From an uncultured delta proteobacterium (lineage in GTDB: Bacteria > Myxococcota_A > Polyangia > Polyangiales > Polyangiaceae): 64,000 bases of DNA. The notes beneath the pieces were generated by a model. The model was not told the origin of the DNA. It did not search any database and saw only the letters and a program-made list of their open reading frames with translations. The stretch is from positions 416,001-480,000 of the forward strand of contig CAVQUB010000005.1 in NCBI GenBank assembly GCA_963716725.1, in the 5' to 3' direction. Positions 10,083 to 21,221 of the stretch are shown here, in pieces; position 1 is the first letter of the stretch, and each line of letters opens with the position of its first letter. The translations under genes and the position numbers were made by a program.

Positions 10083-11147
10083 CTAAGCTTTGTCCGCGAT
10101 CAGCAGGTAGTTCGGTGACGGCTTGTCGTCGGGGTGGGGAACGAGCCGGGGCGAGAGACCCAGGGCCTCGAGATCGGCCGAGAGCCGGGCGGGATCGACC
10201 CAGTCGCAAACTGCTCCCCGGTTCATGCCTACGCGCGAGCCGACCCGCTCTGCCCATTGGGCGATGCGGCTCCGCAGCCCGCGCTTCGGATCGAGCTCGC
10301 GGAGCACGAGGCGGCCGCCGGGTCTCAGGGCAGCGGCCGCGCGCTCGAGCAGCGCCCGCTGCTCTTCACGCGGCAAGTAGTGCAGTACGTCGATGATCAG
10401 CACCGTGTCGGCGGGCGCCAGCTCCGCTCGGGTCGCGTCGGCGACGATGGCGCGGCCGTCTTCGCCCGCTGCGACCTGGCACACTTCGACCTTGCGCCGG
10501 TCCCAGTCGAGTCCGGTGAAGCTCGTCGCGAGGCCGAGCTCCACCAGCAGGATGGACAGCTGGCCGCGTCCGCACGCAACATCGAGCACCTCACCCAAGG
10601 GTGGCTCGAGTCGCGCGAGCTGTTGCACCACCGGATCGCTGTGAAGCTTGGCAGTCAGGTAGATGCGATCGCCACGGGGCGCCCCCAGGTAGCGCAGCAG
10701 GGTGCGGTCGATGGCGCTGTCCAATGCGTCGTCCCAGGCCGGCGGGTCCCGTCGCACGACCGCCGCCGTGATCGCGGCTCCCGCGAGGGCCATGGCCGTG
10801 CCCATCGCCAGCGCGCCCACCGCGGCTTGAGCGACGAAGCCCGTGACTCCCGTCGATCGCGCCTGCTCGATGGTGAAGGGCACGAAGTGCCCCTCGAGGA
10901 TCAGGGCGCCGACCTGAACCTCAGCCGCGACGAGGAAGGGCGCGAAGAGCGGATTCGAGATGTTGGCCGCCACGTAGGCGGTGACCAGGTCGAGGGAGAG
11001 CGGGACACAGAGCGCCGCGCAGAGCGGGAAATGCAGGCCATAGAGCGGTAGCGCGCCGATGAAAAGCCCAACCGCCACCGATCCGGCGGCGCGCCGACGC
11101 GTGAGCTGGCCTCCACGCAGCCGCCGCCAGAGCCTCTTCCACTTCAT
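10083..11147 (-). CDS. DUF2062-family membrane domain fused to a class I SAM methyltransferase
   Basis: 'AAGSVAVGLFIGALPLYGLH..ANISNPLFAPFL' (DUF2062-like) followed by 'VLDVACGRG', 'IDVLHYL', 'LRPGGRLV'. Confidence 0.8.
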   Translation of the reverse strand: MKWKRLWRRLRGGQLTRRRAAGSVAVGLFIGALPLYGLHFPLCAALCVPLSLDLVTAYVAANISNPLFAPFLVAAEVQVGALILEGHFVPFTIEQARSTGVTGFVAQAAVGALAMGTAMALAGAAITAAVVRRDPPAWDDALDSAIDRTLLRYLGAPRGDRIYLTAKLHSDPVVQQLARLEPPLGEVLDVACGRGQLSILLVELGLATSFTGLDWDRRKVEVCQVAAGEDGRAIVADATRAELAPADTVLIIDVLHYLPREEQRALLERAAAALRPGGRLVLRELDPKRGLRSRIAQWAERVGSRVGMNRGAVCDWVDPARLSADLEALGLSPRLVPHPDDKPSPNYLLIADKA

Positions 11148-11173
11148 CGCGCTGGGCGAAGCGGAGCGTGGTC

Positions 11174-11908
11174 TCAGCCGTCCGCTGCGGGCGGGGTTTC
11201 GCTCTTCTTGGGATTCTTGGCGATGCGCAGGTAGGTCTGCGCGCTCTTGTTCTCCGGATCTTGTGTCACCACCGTATCGAACTCGGTGACGGCAGCCTCG
11301 TTTTCGCCCGCCGTCAGCAGCAGCACGCCGAGCATGAGGCGGGCTTGCACGTACTTTGGATTGGCCGCCTTGGCGGCTTCGAATTTCTCGCGTGCGCGCG
11401 TCGTGTCGCCGCTGTCGCGGTACATGACTCCGAGTCGCGTCAGCAGATCCGCAAAGGTCGGGCACAAGACAGTCGCCTTCTCGAGCTCGCGGATGGCGTC
11501 GACGGTCATGCCCACGTCTTGGTAAGCCTGGGACAGCTCGGCGTGCATGTTGGCGATCTTGCCCTTGGCGAAGGGATCGAGCTCGCGTCCCTTCTCCTGA
11601 CCGCGGCTGCGCATCTGCGAGTACAGCACCCTCGCCTCGTCGTACTTCCCGAGGTCGTTGTAGGTGACCATCAGGTTGAGCTGCGCTTCGGTGTAGTTCG
11701 GGTTGATTTCGACGGCGCGTTCGAAGTGTCGCTCGGCTTCGACGAAGTCGCCGCGGCTGTGCACGATGACCCCGAGCATGTGATGCACGTCCGCGAACTT
11801 GTCAGCCCGATCGGCTACTTGACGGAGCAGGGGCTCGGCCCGCTCGTACTCACGCTTTTGGTAGTGCTCGCGGCCGAGCAGCAGAAGCTGCTTCAGGTGG
11901 TCGTCCAT
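11174..11908 (-). CDS. tetratricopeptide repeat protein
   Basis: Several TPR units, e.g. 'ADVHHMLGVIVHSRGDFVEAERHFERAVEINPNY'. Confidence 0.9.
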   Translation of the reverse strand: MDDHLKQLLLLGREHYQKREYERAEPLLRQVADRADKFADVHHMLGVIVHSRGDFVEAERHFERAVEINPNYTEAQLNLMVTYNDLGKYDEARVLYSQMRSRGQEKGRELDPFAKGKIANMHAELSQAYQDVGMTVDAIRELEKATVLCPTFADLLTRLGVMYRDSGDTTRAREKFEAAKAANPKYVQARLMLGVLLLTAGENEAAVTEFDTVVTQDPENKSAQTYLRIAKNPKKSETPPAADG

Positions 11909-12009
11909 TTCGCTCAGCGGTCTCCGGGAATGAGGGGCTCTCGCCCTTCTCCTCTATCACTGCTTCCGGCCGGCTTGCTCCGTCAACGCGCCCCTGCTAG
12001 GCCCTGCCC

Positions 12010-14019
12010 GTGGCGGCTTCAGGGACGCGCCATGTCGGCCGGGTCACTGATCCACTGGTGCGCGACGATGGCGAGACGGAGCCCGAGCTGGAGCTCGAGG
12101 CCAATGGTTCTTCCGGGGAACCTGCGTCCGGCTCGAGCTCCGGTGCCGGAGCAGTGACCGAAAGCATCGGAATTCAAGAGGAATCTCTGCCTGCCGGGGA
12201 CGAACTCCCTCCCTCCGATCCAGGGCTCGACGGCGTGCACCCGGTGAGGGCACGACTGCTCGCACGCGCAGCAGGTCTCCGCGGGAGGGCGCCGCAGGTG
12301 CTCGCGGACGAGGGGCCCCGATTTGGTCGGCCGGGCGAGGTCGCCGAGCGCTCCAGGGACCGGCTGGGCGACCTGGACGCGCTCGGGGCGCCCCACGGGG
12401 GGCCACCCTCCGCCCCCGTCGCGGGGGGCGCGCTGCCGCCCAGGCCCCGCGCCCCTCTGTCGCCGAACATGATCGCGCTGTTCGGAACGCTGATCGGGCT
12501 GGCGACGGTGGCGTCGATCATCGCGTTGGTGATGCGCATCGGTCCGACTGCCTTCCCGACCCCGAGCCCGGCGACCAGCACCGGCGCGCCCGACGCGCCT
12601 CGGCCCGAGCCGAGCGCAGTCGCCAAACGCCAGCGCGCCAAGCTGCCGGGGCCCTGGCGCATCGCAGATGCTCGCAGCGACACCGGGGTCCGGGTGGTCG
12701 AAGGCAAGGTCGGCAAGAACTCGTTCCTCAAGGCCGTCGAGGAGGCAGGGGTCGACAAGAAGGAGGCCTATCGGGTCTTCAACACGCTCAAAGACCTACG
12801 CAACCTCGACAAGTGCGATCGGAACGACAGCTTCCTCGCCCTGGTCGACCGCGCGAGCTCCCGTGTGAAGGCCTTCGAGTACGTCGTCACCAAGGAAGAG
12901 GTCTATCAGTCCCGCGAAGGGCAGAACGGCGAGCTCGCGACCCAGCGGCTCGACTTCAAGATCGAGCGCGCCCGGGTCTCCGGCGCCTTGGTCGTGGAGG
13001 GTGACGTCGATGATGCGGCGGAGAGGGGTGGCCTCGAACGCGGGCTCGGCTCCGCGCTGGCCCGTGCCCTCGACGGGCACATGAGCCTGGACCAGCTCGA
13101 GCGCGGCGACGTGGTTCGCGTCGTGGCACAGGAGGTGACGGTGCTCGGAGAGTTCTCGCGATATTCGGGGATCGAGGCCGTGGAGATCCGCCGCAAAGAC
13201 GGGCAAGAAAAGCCGTTTCGCCTCTACTACCACCGGGGAAAGAGCGAGCGCGGCTACTACGACGACAAGGGCCGCTCGCCCTACGAGGGCGGCTGGCGCA
13301 AGCCCGTCAAGGACGCTCCCATCACCTCGCGCTTCAACCCCAAGCGCATGCACCCGGTGCTCAAGAAGGTGATGCCCCACAACGGGACCGATTTCGGCGC
13401 GCCCACCGGCGCTCAAGTGGGAGCGTCTTCCTACGGCACGGTGAGCTTCATCGGCCCCGCGGGGCCGAGTGGAAACCTGGTGAAGCTCGATCACCCGGGC
13501 GGCGTCGAGACGGGATACGCGCACCTGTCGCGCTTCGCCGAGGGGCTCAAAGTGGGCGACAAGGTCAAGCGCCTGCAGCTGGTTGGCTATGTTGGATCGA
13601 CGGGACGATCCACCGGACCGCACCTGCACTTCACCGCCAAGAAGAACGGCGAGTTCTTCGACGCCGAGTCTCTCAACCTCGACGGCATGCGCGTCATCGG
13701 CAAAGAAGAGCGAGACGCCTTCGCCAGGAGCCGGCAAGGCTACGACGAGCTCATCGACGCCATCGCGCTTCCCCTGCCATTGCCGGAGAAGCCTGAGATC
13801 GCGGCGGCGCCCAGCGCCGACCAGCCCACGAAGCCCTCGACGGCCGATGCCGACGAGTTCGCCAGCGGCGGACCGGAGGCGCCGGTCGCGCCGGCAGCGC
13901 CGGCGCCGGCCGGACCTGCTGGCAAGACGGCGCCCAAGGCTGGGAGTCCGGTGCACCTGACCGACAAAGATTTGCTCGAGTCCCAGGGCACGACCGACGA
14001 CGGAGAAGTCGACGAGTGA
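12010..14019 (+). CDS. membrane-anchored M23 family metallopeptidase (MepM/Csd-like)
   Basis: 'ITSRFNPKRMHPV..HNGTDFGAP', 'YAHLS', 'GRSTGPHLHF'; single TM helix. Confidence 0.92.
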   Translation: MAASGTRHVGRVTDPLVRDDGETEPELELEANGSSGEPASGSSSGAGAVTESIGIQEESLPAGDELPPSDPGLDGVHPVRARLLARAAGLRGRAPQVLADEGPRFGRPGEVAERSRDRLGDLDALGAPHGGPPSAPVAGGALPPRPRAPLSPNMIALFGTLIGLATVASIIALVMRIGPTAFPTPSPATSTGAPDAPRPEPSAVAKRQRAKLPGPWRIADARSDTGVRVVEGKVGKNSFLKAVEEAGVDKKEAYRVFNTLKDLRNLDKCDRNDSFLALVDRASSRVKAFEYVVTKEEVYQSREGQNGELATQRLDFKIERARVSGALVVEGDVDDAAERGGLERGLGSALARALDGHMSLDQLERGDVVRVVAQEVTVLGEFSRYSGIEAVEIRRKDGQEKPFRLYYHRGKSERGYYDDKGRSPYEGGWRKPVKDAPITSRFNPKRMHPVLKKVMPHNGTDFGAPTGAQVGASSYGTVSFIGPAGPSGNLVKLDHPGGVETGYAHLSRFAEGLKVGDKVKRLQLVGYVGSTGRSTGPHLHFTAKKNGEFFDAESLNLDGMRVIGKEERDAFARSRQGYDELIDAIALPLPLPEKPEIAAAPSADQPTKPSTADADEFASGGPEAPVAPAAPAPAGPAGKTAPKAGSPVHLTDKDLLESQGTTDDGEVDE

Positions 14020-14023
14020 CCCG

Positions 14024-15127
14024 TCACCTGCCGGGGTGAATCACGCAGCCGCCGGTGACCTCGCCCGACCATTTGGCGCGCATCGCATCGTGGATCGCGC
14101 TGAGCGCGAAGCGGTGGGAGACGTGTGGGCGAATCAACCCTTGCTCGGCCCAGTCCAGGATCTTCGCCAGGCGCGGGGGCCGAATCGACGGATCGCGCAG
14201 CGTCGCGATCACAGTCGGGCAGCCGAGCACGTCCAGGCTCTTCATGATGATCAGGTTCGTCGGGAGCTGATTCACGTTGGGTGCGCCGCGTCCACCCTTG
14301 CCCTTGGCCACGAAGGGGGTCGACGCCCAGCCGACGATCAAGAACCGCGCACCGTAGGCGGTGGCGCGCAACGCCTCGGCGGAGAGCGCGCCGCCGACGC
14401 CGTCGTAGACGACATCGACACCCCGGCCGCCGGTCAGTGACTTCACTTCGTCTTTGAACGAGCCCTCGCCGGTCACGATCACGTGATCGGCGCCGTGTTC
14501 GCTGACAAGCGCGAGCTTCTCAGCCGAGCGCCCCGTCGCGATCACGGTCGCTCCGCTGAGCTTGGCGATCTGCACGGCGGCGAGGCCGGTCGCGCCGGAG
14601 GCGCCCAGGATCAGCACCGACTCCCCCGCCGACAGGCGTGCCCGCGCGATCAGGCAGTGGTACGCCGTCTCGTAGTTGCCGAGCAGGTTGCAGCCCTCGT
14701 CGAAGGAGAGCGCGCCGGGTATGCGCAGCAGCGCCTCGGACGGCGCGACGGCCCAGCTCGCCCAACCACCCCAAGCGCGATGCGCGCCCAGCGATCGCGG
14801 ACCGGTGAGCGCGCCGTCCGCGATCACTGCGTCGCCCACCTCGACATGGTTCCCGACGGCGCTGCCCTTCCAGCTCACGACGCCCGCGTACTCGAGACCC
14901 GGCGTGTAGGGCGGCGTCGGCACGTGTTGGTACTGCCCGCTGGACATGATCAGATCGACCCAACCCACCGAGGCGCTCTTGACTTCGACGATCACATCCG
15001 TGGCCGCCAACGCCGTTGGATCGGGCCGTGGTTGTTCCACCAGGCTCACGTAGCGTTCAATGGCCTCGAGAGGCGTCTCAGCGAGCTCGGAGACGACGAC
15101 GCGGTGACCGGGGGCGAGGGACGGCAT
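14024..15127 (-). CDS. NADPH:quinone oxidoreductase (MDR/zeta-crystallin family)
   Basis: 'PYTPGLEYAGVV', 'LILGASGATGLAAVQ', 'GVDVVYDGVGG'. Confidence 0.9.
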   Translation of the reverse strand: MPSLAPGHRVVVSELAETPLEAIERYVSLVEQPRPDPTALAATDVIVEVKSASVGWVDLIMSSGQYQHVPTPPYTPGLEYAGVVSWKGSAVGNHVEVGDAVIADGALTGPRSLGAHRAWGGWASWAVAPSEALLRIPGALSFDEGCNLLGNYETAYHCLIARARLSAGESVLILGASGATGLAAVQIAKLSGATVIATGRSAEKLALVSEHGADHVIVTGEGSFKDEVKSLTGGRGVDVVYDGVGGALSAEALRATAYGARFLIVGWASTPFVAKGKGGRGAPNVNQLPTNLIIMKSLDVLGCPTVIATLRDPSIRPPRLAKILDWAEQGLIRPHVSHRFALSAIHDAMRAKWSGEVTGGCVIHPGR

Positions 15128-15181
15128 GGCTCGCACAGACTACTTCTAGACGGAGCGGCGCGGGCGTAACATGCCGAGGTC

Positions 15182-16822
15182 ATGGCCGCTCGCGCGTATC
15201 TCGGGGTGGACGTCGGTACCGGTAGCGTGCGGGCCGGGCTCTTCGACGGCGCCGGCGGCAGACTCGGGATCGGCGTCGAACCCATCGAGACCTTTCGCCC
15301 CGAGGAGGACTTCGTCGAGCAGTCCTCCGACGACATCTGGCGCGCGGTGCGCGTCGCTGTGCACCAGGCGATGACCGGGGCAGCGCTCGAACCGAGCGAC
15401 GTCGCCGGCATCGGCTTCGACGCGACCTGCTCGCTGGTTGCGCTCGACGGCGAGGGCAGCCCCGTCAGCGTCAGCCCCACCGGAGCCGAACGGCAGAACG
15501 TCATCGTCTGGATGGACCATCGCGCGACCGAGCAGGCGCTCCGCATCAACGCGCTGGGGCACGAGGTCTTGCGCTACGTCGGCGGCGTCATCTCGCCGGA
15601 GATGCAGACACCGAAGCTGCTCTGGCTCGCCGAGCGACACGCGACGGCGTGGCAGAAGACCAAACTCTTCTTCGACCTGCCCGATTTCTTGGTCTGGCGG
15701 GCGACGGGCAGCGACGTGCGCTCGCTCTGCACCACGGTCTGCAAGTGGACCTACCTCGGTCACGAAGACGGCGGACGCTTCCGCGAGGACTACTTTCGCC
15801 AGATCGGACTCGGGGCCCTGGCGGACGAAGGCTGGGCGCGCATCGGGACCCGGGTGCGTCCGATGGGCGAGCGCGCGGGCGGGCTCACCGAAGCCGCGGC
15901 TACGGAGCTCGGTCTCGCGGCGGGCACGCCCGTCGGCGTGTCGATCATCGACGCGCACGCAGGAGGGCTCGGTCTGCTCGGCGCGCGCCTCGACGGCCGG
16001 GCGCCGGACGCCGAGACGCTCGAGCAACGCGTCGCTTTGATCGGCGGCACCTCGAGCTGCCAGATGGCGGTGAGTCGCGAGCCCAAGTTCGTGCCGGGGA
16101 TCTGGGGACCGTACTACTCGGCGATGATCCCCGGGCTGTGGCTCACCGAGGGCGGCCAGAGCGCGACGGGGGCCTTGATCGATCACGTGATCGAGAGCCA
16201 CGCGCGCGGTCCCGAGCTCGCCGCGGAGGCCCGACGGCGGGGCACGAGCGTGTACGCGCTGCTCAACGAGCGCCTCGAGGTGTTGGCGCAAGGCGCGCCC
16301 TTCCCTGCGGCGCTCGCCCGCGAGCTGCACGTCTTGCCCGACCATCACGGCAATCGCTCGCCCCGGGCCGACCCCTCGCTGCGGGGCATGATCAGCGGGC
16401 TCAAGCTCGGCGACGGCGTCGACTCGCTGGCCCTGCTCTACCTGGCGACCATTCAAGCCATCGCCCACGGCACGAGGCACATTCTCGACACCATGAACGC
16501 AAACGGCTACCGAGTCGACACCATGATGGCCTGCGGGGGCGACACCAAGAACCCGATCTTCTTCGAGAGCACGCCGACGTGACGGGCTGCCGCATCGTGC
16601 TTTCGAAGGAGCCCGAAGCGGTGCTGCTCGGCTCGGCCATGCTCGGCGCCGTCGGCATCCGGCGATCATTCGAGCGTGCTCGACGCCATGGCCGCGATGA
16701 ACACGGCCGGTCGCGTGGTCGAGCCGGCCGGGGGCGCCGTCGCCAGCTTCCACCAGCAGAAGCACGCGGTGTTTCAGCGTATGCACGCCGATCAGCTGGC
16801 GTATCGCCAGCTGATGCGCTGA
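15182..16822 (+). CDS. FGGY-family pentulose (ribulo)kinase, frameshifted twice near the 3' end
   Basis: '[12 protein letters not shown]', '[10 protein letters not shown]', 'VWMDHRA', 'IDAHAG', 'EGGQSATG', 'GNRSPRADP'; C-terminus continues in other frames ('[22 protein letters not shown]', then '[12 protein letters not shown]'). Confidence 0.9.
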
Positions 16823-16840
16823 AGTCCGGGGCTGATCTCG

Positions 16841-17572
16841 CTACTGGTACCGTGCGATGTCATCGGTGAACGAGCTGATCTTGCTGTCGTAGCCGCCGCA
16901 TGCTTTCGGCACACCGGGTTCCGTGCTGCTGCGCTGGTACAAACACTGAACCAAGAGCGCCTTCTTGTTCCCGACCCGTGACTCGGTCGCGCCCCCGCCT
17001 TTCTTCAGGCTCTCGATGGTCTTGTAGCCATCGTCGCGCCCCGAGACGTCGAGGAGCAGCACCTTGTAGATGTGTACCTCACCGTAGGGTCCCTTCTTCC
17101 CGAGGCTCACGGTGGCTGACCAGCCGACGGAGTTCGATTGCTCGCCGCTGATGTCGTAGCCGTAGTGCATGTACGCGGAGGAAATCTTGCTGCGAACGTC
17201 CGAGGACGAGAGCGAGTCGACGGGATAGGTCTTGGTCGCGTCGTCGTCGTCACTCTTCGACGCGGACGCGCTGGCGCCCTTGCAGCCCGACGCGCAAGTG
17301 ACGAAAGAGGCCGAGTCCTTCGCGTCCCCGACGCATTTCGTGGTGCATTCGTAGCGTTCGGGCTCGTCGCTCTTCATCTTTTCGAGACTGGCGACGCAGC
17401 CGGCCATCTTCGTCTCCGACGACTCGGGCGACTTGCCCTCCGACTCCTCGGCTCCCGCGAACTTCATCGCCTTTTCGCAGAGCTTCTTGGGCGAGGGCTT
17501 CAGCAGCTTGCAGGCGAAGAGCGTGCAGCAGATCACGACAAGCGGGCCGAGTGCAGAGCGAGGTGTGGTCAT
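16841..17572 (-). CDS. hypothetical Cys-containing lipoprotein
   Basis: Hydrophobic N-terminus ending LFAC; Cys-rich N-domain; GC3-biased codons. Confidence 0.7.
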   Translation of the reverse strand: MTTPRSALGPLVVICCTLFACKLLKPSPKKLCEKAMKFAGAEESEGKSPESSETKMAGCVASLEKMKSDEPERYECTTKCVGDAKDSASFVTCASGCKGASASASKSDDDDATKTYPVDSLSSSDVRSKISSAYMHYGYDISGEQSNSVGWSATVSLGKKGPYGEVHIYKVLLLDVSGRDDGYKTIESLKKGGGATESRVGNKKALLVQCLYQRSSTEPGVPKACGGYDSKISSFTDDIARYQ

Positions 17573-17663
17573 CGTTGCCTTGGGTGTGGCGCCGTGCAGA
17601 ATGCCCGCCGACTACTACGAACCTAGAATGCGCGGGCCCGGGTCGCAAGCAGCTTCGCGGCGC

Positions 17664-18618
17664 TCAGACCTTCCTCTTTTCTCGGAGCCGGTCGAGGCCC
17701 ATCGCCACCAAGATGATGGCGCCGGTCAAGAATCTCTTGCACCCAGTTCGGAAGGCCGACGTGGGTCGAGCCGGTCTTGATCTCGGTGAGCAAGACCGCG
17801 CCGAGCAGCGCGCCGGCGATGGACCCTCGCCCGCCTGCGAGGGAGCCACCGCCGATCACCACCGCGGCGATCACCTCCAGCTCGAGACCGATGGAGTCGG
17901 TGGGATCGCCCACCGTCAGCGTCGAGAACTCCATCACCCCCGCCAGGCCCGCCAGGGCGCCTGCCAGCACGTAGACCATGACCGTGACCCGGCCCACGGG
18001 CACGCCGCAGAGGCGCGCGGTCTGCACGTTTGAGCCCACCGCCACCACGTGGCGCCCGGCGCGCGTGAACGCGACGAAGGCCGCGAAGGCGATGGCCAAC
18101 CCGAGCGCGATCCAGACGCCCGTCGGCAAGAGCAAGCCGCCATGAGCGCCGCCGGGCAGCGACATCAGGCCGTCGAGCCCCTTCGGATCGGCGTCCACCT
18201 TCTGCTCGTTTGCGAGCCCTTTGGCCGCGCCTCGCAAGGCGCTCATGGTGCCGAGGGTGACGATGAAGGGCACCAGCCCCAGGCCCGAGACCAAGAGCCC
18301 GTTGATGGCGCCGACGCAGGCTCCCAGCGCGACGCCGCTGGCCGCGGCGCTCCAAGGGCCCGCGCCGCCGTCGAGCGCCTGCGCGACGATGACCGTCGTC
18401 AGCGCCACGGTGGACCCCACCGACAGATCGATGCCGCCTTGGATCATCACCAGCGTCATGCCCACCGCCGCGATGGCGACCACGACGGTCTGGCGCGCCA
18501 TCGTGAGCACGTTCGCCGATCGCGGAAAGGTGTCCGGCGCGAGCAGTGCAAAGAGCGCGTAGACCGCGACGACGGCCAGCAGCGGACCGAACCACGGCGC
18601 GCGGAGCACCTGCCTCAA
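17664..18618 (-). CDS. ribose-family sugar ABC transporter permease (frameshift near 17733)
   Basis: 'GGIDLSVGS', 'PFIVTLGT', 'LELEVIAAVVIGGGSLAGGRG'; true end 'LTGAIILVAMGLDRLREKRKV' lies in the adjacent frame. Confidence 0.9.
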
Positions 18619-20096
18619 AGCGCCCCCGCGGCGTCGAGGGCCAGCCGATGTTCGTCGAGCTCGGCGACGGGAGTCGCGCTGCCGAGCCTACCGCGGCGCA
18701 TGACGGCGATGCGGTCACACACCGCCAGCAGCTCCGAGAATTGACTCGAGACGACCAGCACGGCTTTGCCGCTCCGCGCCAGATCGTCGATGATCGCATA
18801 CACCTCCGCTCGGCTCGTCACGTCGATGCCTCGCGTTGGCTCGTCGAGCAGCGCGACGTCCACGTCGTGGTGCAGGAGGCGCGCGAGGGCGACCTTCTGC
18901 TGATTGCCGCCCGACAAGTCACGCACCGGTTGGTCGGGGCCCGAGGTGCGGATGCCGAGTCGGTCGATGAAGCGCCGCGCCGCGGCGCGGCGGCGAGCCG
19001 GCAGCACCAGCCACGGGAGCTTCGAGAGCGTAAGATTCTCCGCGAGTGAGAGGTTCTCCGCGAGTCCTTCCCGCTTGCGGTCCTCACTGAGAAAACCCAC
19101 GCCTTCGGCGAGGCGGCGGGTCGGCGACGCGGGTCCGACCTGCGCGCGTACTCGCAGCTCGCCGCTCTTCACGCGGTCGAGCCCGAAGATCGTCCGCAAG
19201 AGCTCGCTGCGACCCGAGCCGACGAGGCCCGCGATGCCCAGCACCTCGCCCTGGCGCAGCTCGAAGCTCGCGCTGATCGGCAGCCGCGCGCCGGCGAGTT
19301 CACGCGCCGACAGCACGACCTGCCCGCCGGTACGAGCCTCGGCCCGTCGCCGTTCTTCGATGGCGTGTCCGGCCATCAGCTCGACCAGGGCGCTGGCGGT
19401 GGCGGCAGCGATCTCGCCGCTGCCGACCTGCCTTCCGTCCCGGAGCACGCTGTAGCGATCGGCGATCCGCAGCACCTCTTCCAAGAAATGCGAGATGTAC
19501 AAGACGGCGACGCCGCTCTCGGCGAGCCGTCGCACCACCGCGAACAGGCGCTCGACCTCCGGCGCCGCGAGGCTGGCGGTGGGCTCGTCGAGGATCAGCA
19601 GGCGGCAGTTTGCATGGGCGAGCGCCCGGGCCAAGGTCACCAGCTGCACGTCCGCGGGTCCGAGTTCGCTCATGGCCGCATCGGGCGAGAGCTCCGGTGC
19701 GACCCCTTCGAGGGCGCGTCTTGCTTCGTCCCGCAACCGCGGGCGGTCGACCCAGCCGAAACGCGCGGGCTCGCGCCCGAGCATGACGTTCTCGGCGACC
19801 GAGAGGTGCGGGCAGACCGCCGGCTCTTGGTGCACGATGGCGACACCCGCGCGGCGAGCCTCCGCGGGCGAGCGTGGCGAGAAGGGCTGACCGTCGAGGG
19901 CGAGGGTCCCTGCGTCAGCCCGCAGCACGCCTGACACGATCTTGGTCAGGGTGCTCTTGCCGGCGCCGTTCTCTCCGAGCAGCGCGTGGACCTCGCCAGG
20001 GCCGATGCTGAGATCGACCCCCGAGAGCGCAAGCGTGCCGCCGAAAGCCTTGCCGAGGCCGCGGATCTCCAGCCGCGGCGTGACTACTTCAACCAC
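18615..20096 (-). CDS. sugar ABC transporter ATP-binding protein (RbsA-type, duplicated ATPase)
   Basis: GENGAGKS, 'ILDEPTASL', 'LSGGNQQKV', 'DEPTRGID'. Confidence 0.95.
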   Translation of the reverse strand: MVEVVTPRLEIRGLGKAFGGTLALSGVDLSIGPGEVHALLGENGAGKSTLTKIVSGVLRADAGTLALDGQPFSPRSPAEARRAGVAIVHQEPAVCPHLSVAENVMLGREPARFGWVDRPRLRDEARRALEGVAPELSPDAAMSELGPADVQLVTLARALAHANCRLLILDEPTASLAAPEVERLFAVVRRLAESGVAVLYISHFLEEVLRIADRYSVLRDGRQVGSGEIAAATASALVELMAGHAIEERRRAEARTGGQVVLSARELAGARLPISASFELRQGEVLGIAGLVGSGRSELLRTIFGLDRVKSGELRVRAQVGPASPTRRLAEGVGFLSEDRKREGLAENLSLAENLTLSKLPWLVLPARRRAAARRFIDRLGIRTSGPDQPVRDLSGGNQQKVALARLLHHDVDVALLDEPTRGIDVTSRAEVYAIIDDLARSGKAVLVVSSQFSELLAVCDRIAVMRRGRLGSATPVAELDEHRLALDAAGAL

Positions 20097-21097
20097 TGAT
20101 CCAGCTCGGGCCTGAGCAACTGCTTCATCTGGGGCTCGCTCATGTTGACCTTGGTGACGAGCTTGCTCCCGGTGTCGATGCGCCGTTCGACCTTCTCGCC
20201 CTTCAAGTGCAGGACCATGGTCTTGACCGCGAGATAGCCCATGTTGAAGGGGTCTTGCAGCACCAACCCCGAGATCGCGCCGCTCTCGACTCCTGCCACC
20301 AGCTTCTCGGACGCGTCGAAGCCCACGAAGCCGAGCTTGCCCGCGAGGTTCGCCTTCTCGACGGCGCGCAGCATGCCGAAGGTGGTCGACTCGTTGGGAG
20401 TGAACACACCCGCGACCTTGCCGTCCGGCGCACCTTGGGCGAGCAAGAGGCTCTCGCTGGCTCTGTGCGCGGTCTCGGTGGTGGCTCCGCCGTACTGGTT
20501 GTCGGAGAGGATCTTCACCTCTGCTGCCCTCAGCGCGTCGAGGCAGCCTTCTTCGCGATGGTTCGTGCTTGCCGACCCTTCCTGGTAGCGGAGCACGATG
20601 GCGCCGCCCTTGCCGTTCACCTGCTTCGCCAGGTGATCGCAGCCGAGCTTGCCGGCGGCGCGGTTGTCTGTCGCGACGAAGCTCACGTGGTCCTCCGAGG
20701 CCAAATCGGAGTCGAAGATCACTACCGGGATCTTGGCCTGCGTGGCGCTCTTCACGCTCGAGACCAGCGCCTTGTCGTTGAGCGGCGCCAGCACGATGCC
20801 GGACACGCCTTGAGCCGTGAAGCTCTGCACGAGATCGATCTGCTGCTTGAGGTCGTCCTCCTTGAGCGGGCCTTTCCAGACGATCTCGACGCCGAGCTCC
20901 CGGGACGCCTTCACCGCGCCGGCGTGCACGCTCTTCCAGAATTCGTGGGTCGTGCCCTTCGGGATGACCGCGATGCGGATGGTCTTGGCGCCGGCTTCGG
21001 CGGTTGCGCCGGGCTGGGGTGTTTCACGTTTGCAGCCCGCGACCGCGACCGCCACCAGCCCCCACAGCACGAGCGCCTTGCCCACACCTCTCGACAT
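20084..21097 (-). CDS. sugar ABC transporter substrate-binding lipoprotein (RbsB-type)
   Basis: Lipobox VAGC; 'IAVIPKGTTHEFWKSVHAGA', 'VATDN', 'VGFD', 'QDPFNMGY'. Confidence 0.92.
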   Translation of the reverse strand: MSRGVGKALVLWGLVAVAVAGCKRETPQPGATAEAGAKTIRIAVIPKGTTHEFWKSVHAGAVKASRELGVEIVWKGPLKEDDLKQQIDLVQSFTAQGVSGIVLAPLNDKALVSSVKSATQAKIPVVIFDSDLASEDHVSFVATDNRAAGKLGCDHLAKQVNGKGGAIVLRYQEGSASTNHREEGCLDALRAAEVKILSDNQYGGATTETAHRASESLLLAQGAPDGKVAGVFTPNESTTFGMLRAVEKANLAGKLGFVGFDASEKLVAGVESGAISGLVLQDPFNMGYLAVKTMVLHLKGEKVERRIDTGSKLVTKVNMSEPQMKQLLRPELDQWLK

Positions 21098-21221
21098 CGG
21101 CGCGAGGGTACCCTCCAGCGTCGCGCTCGGCTAGCGAGCTTGCTCGGGAAAGAGCCCGCGAAAGCGGCATTCTCGCGCTGCCCCTTGATGTGTCGCCGGG
21201 GCGGCCACAGCTTCTCCGCTG

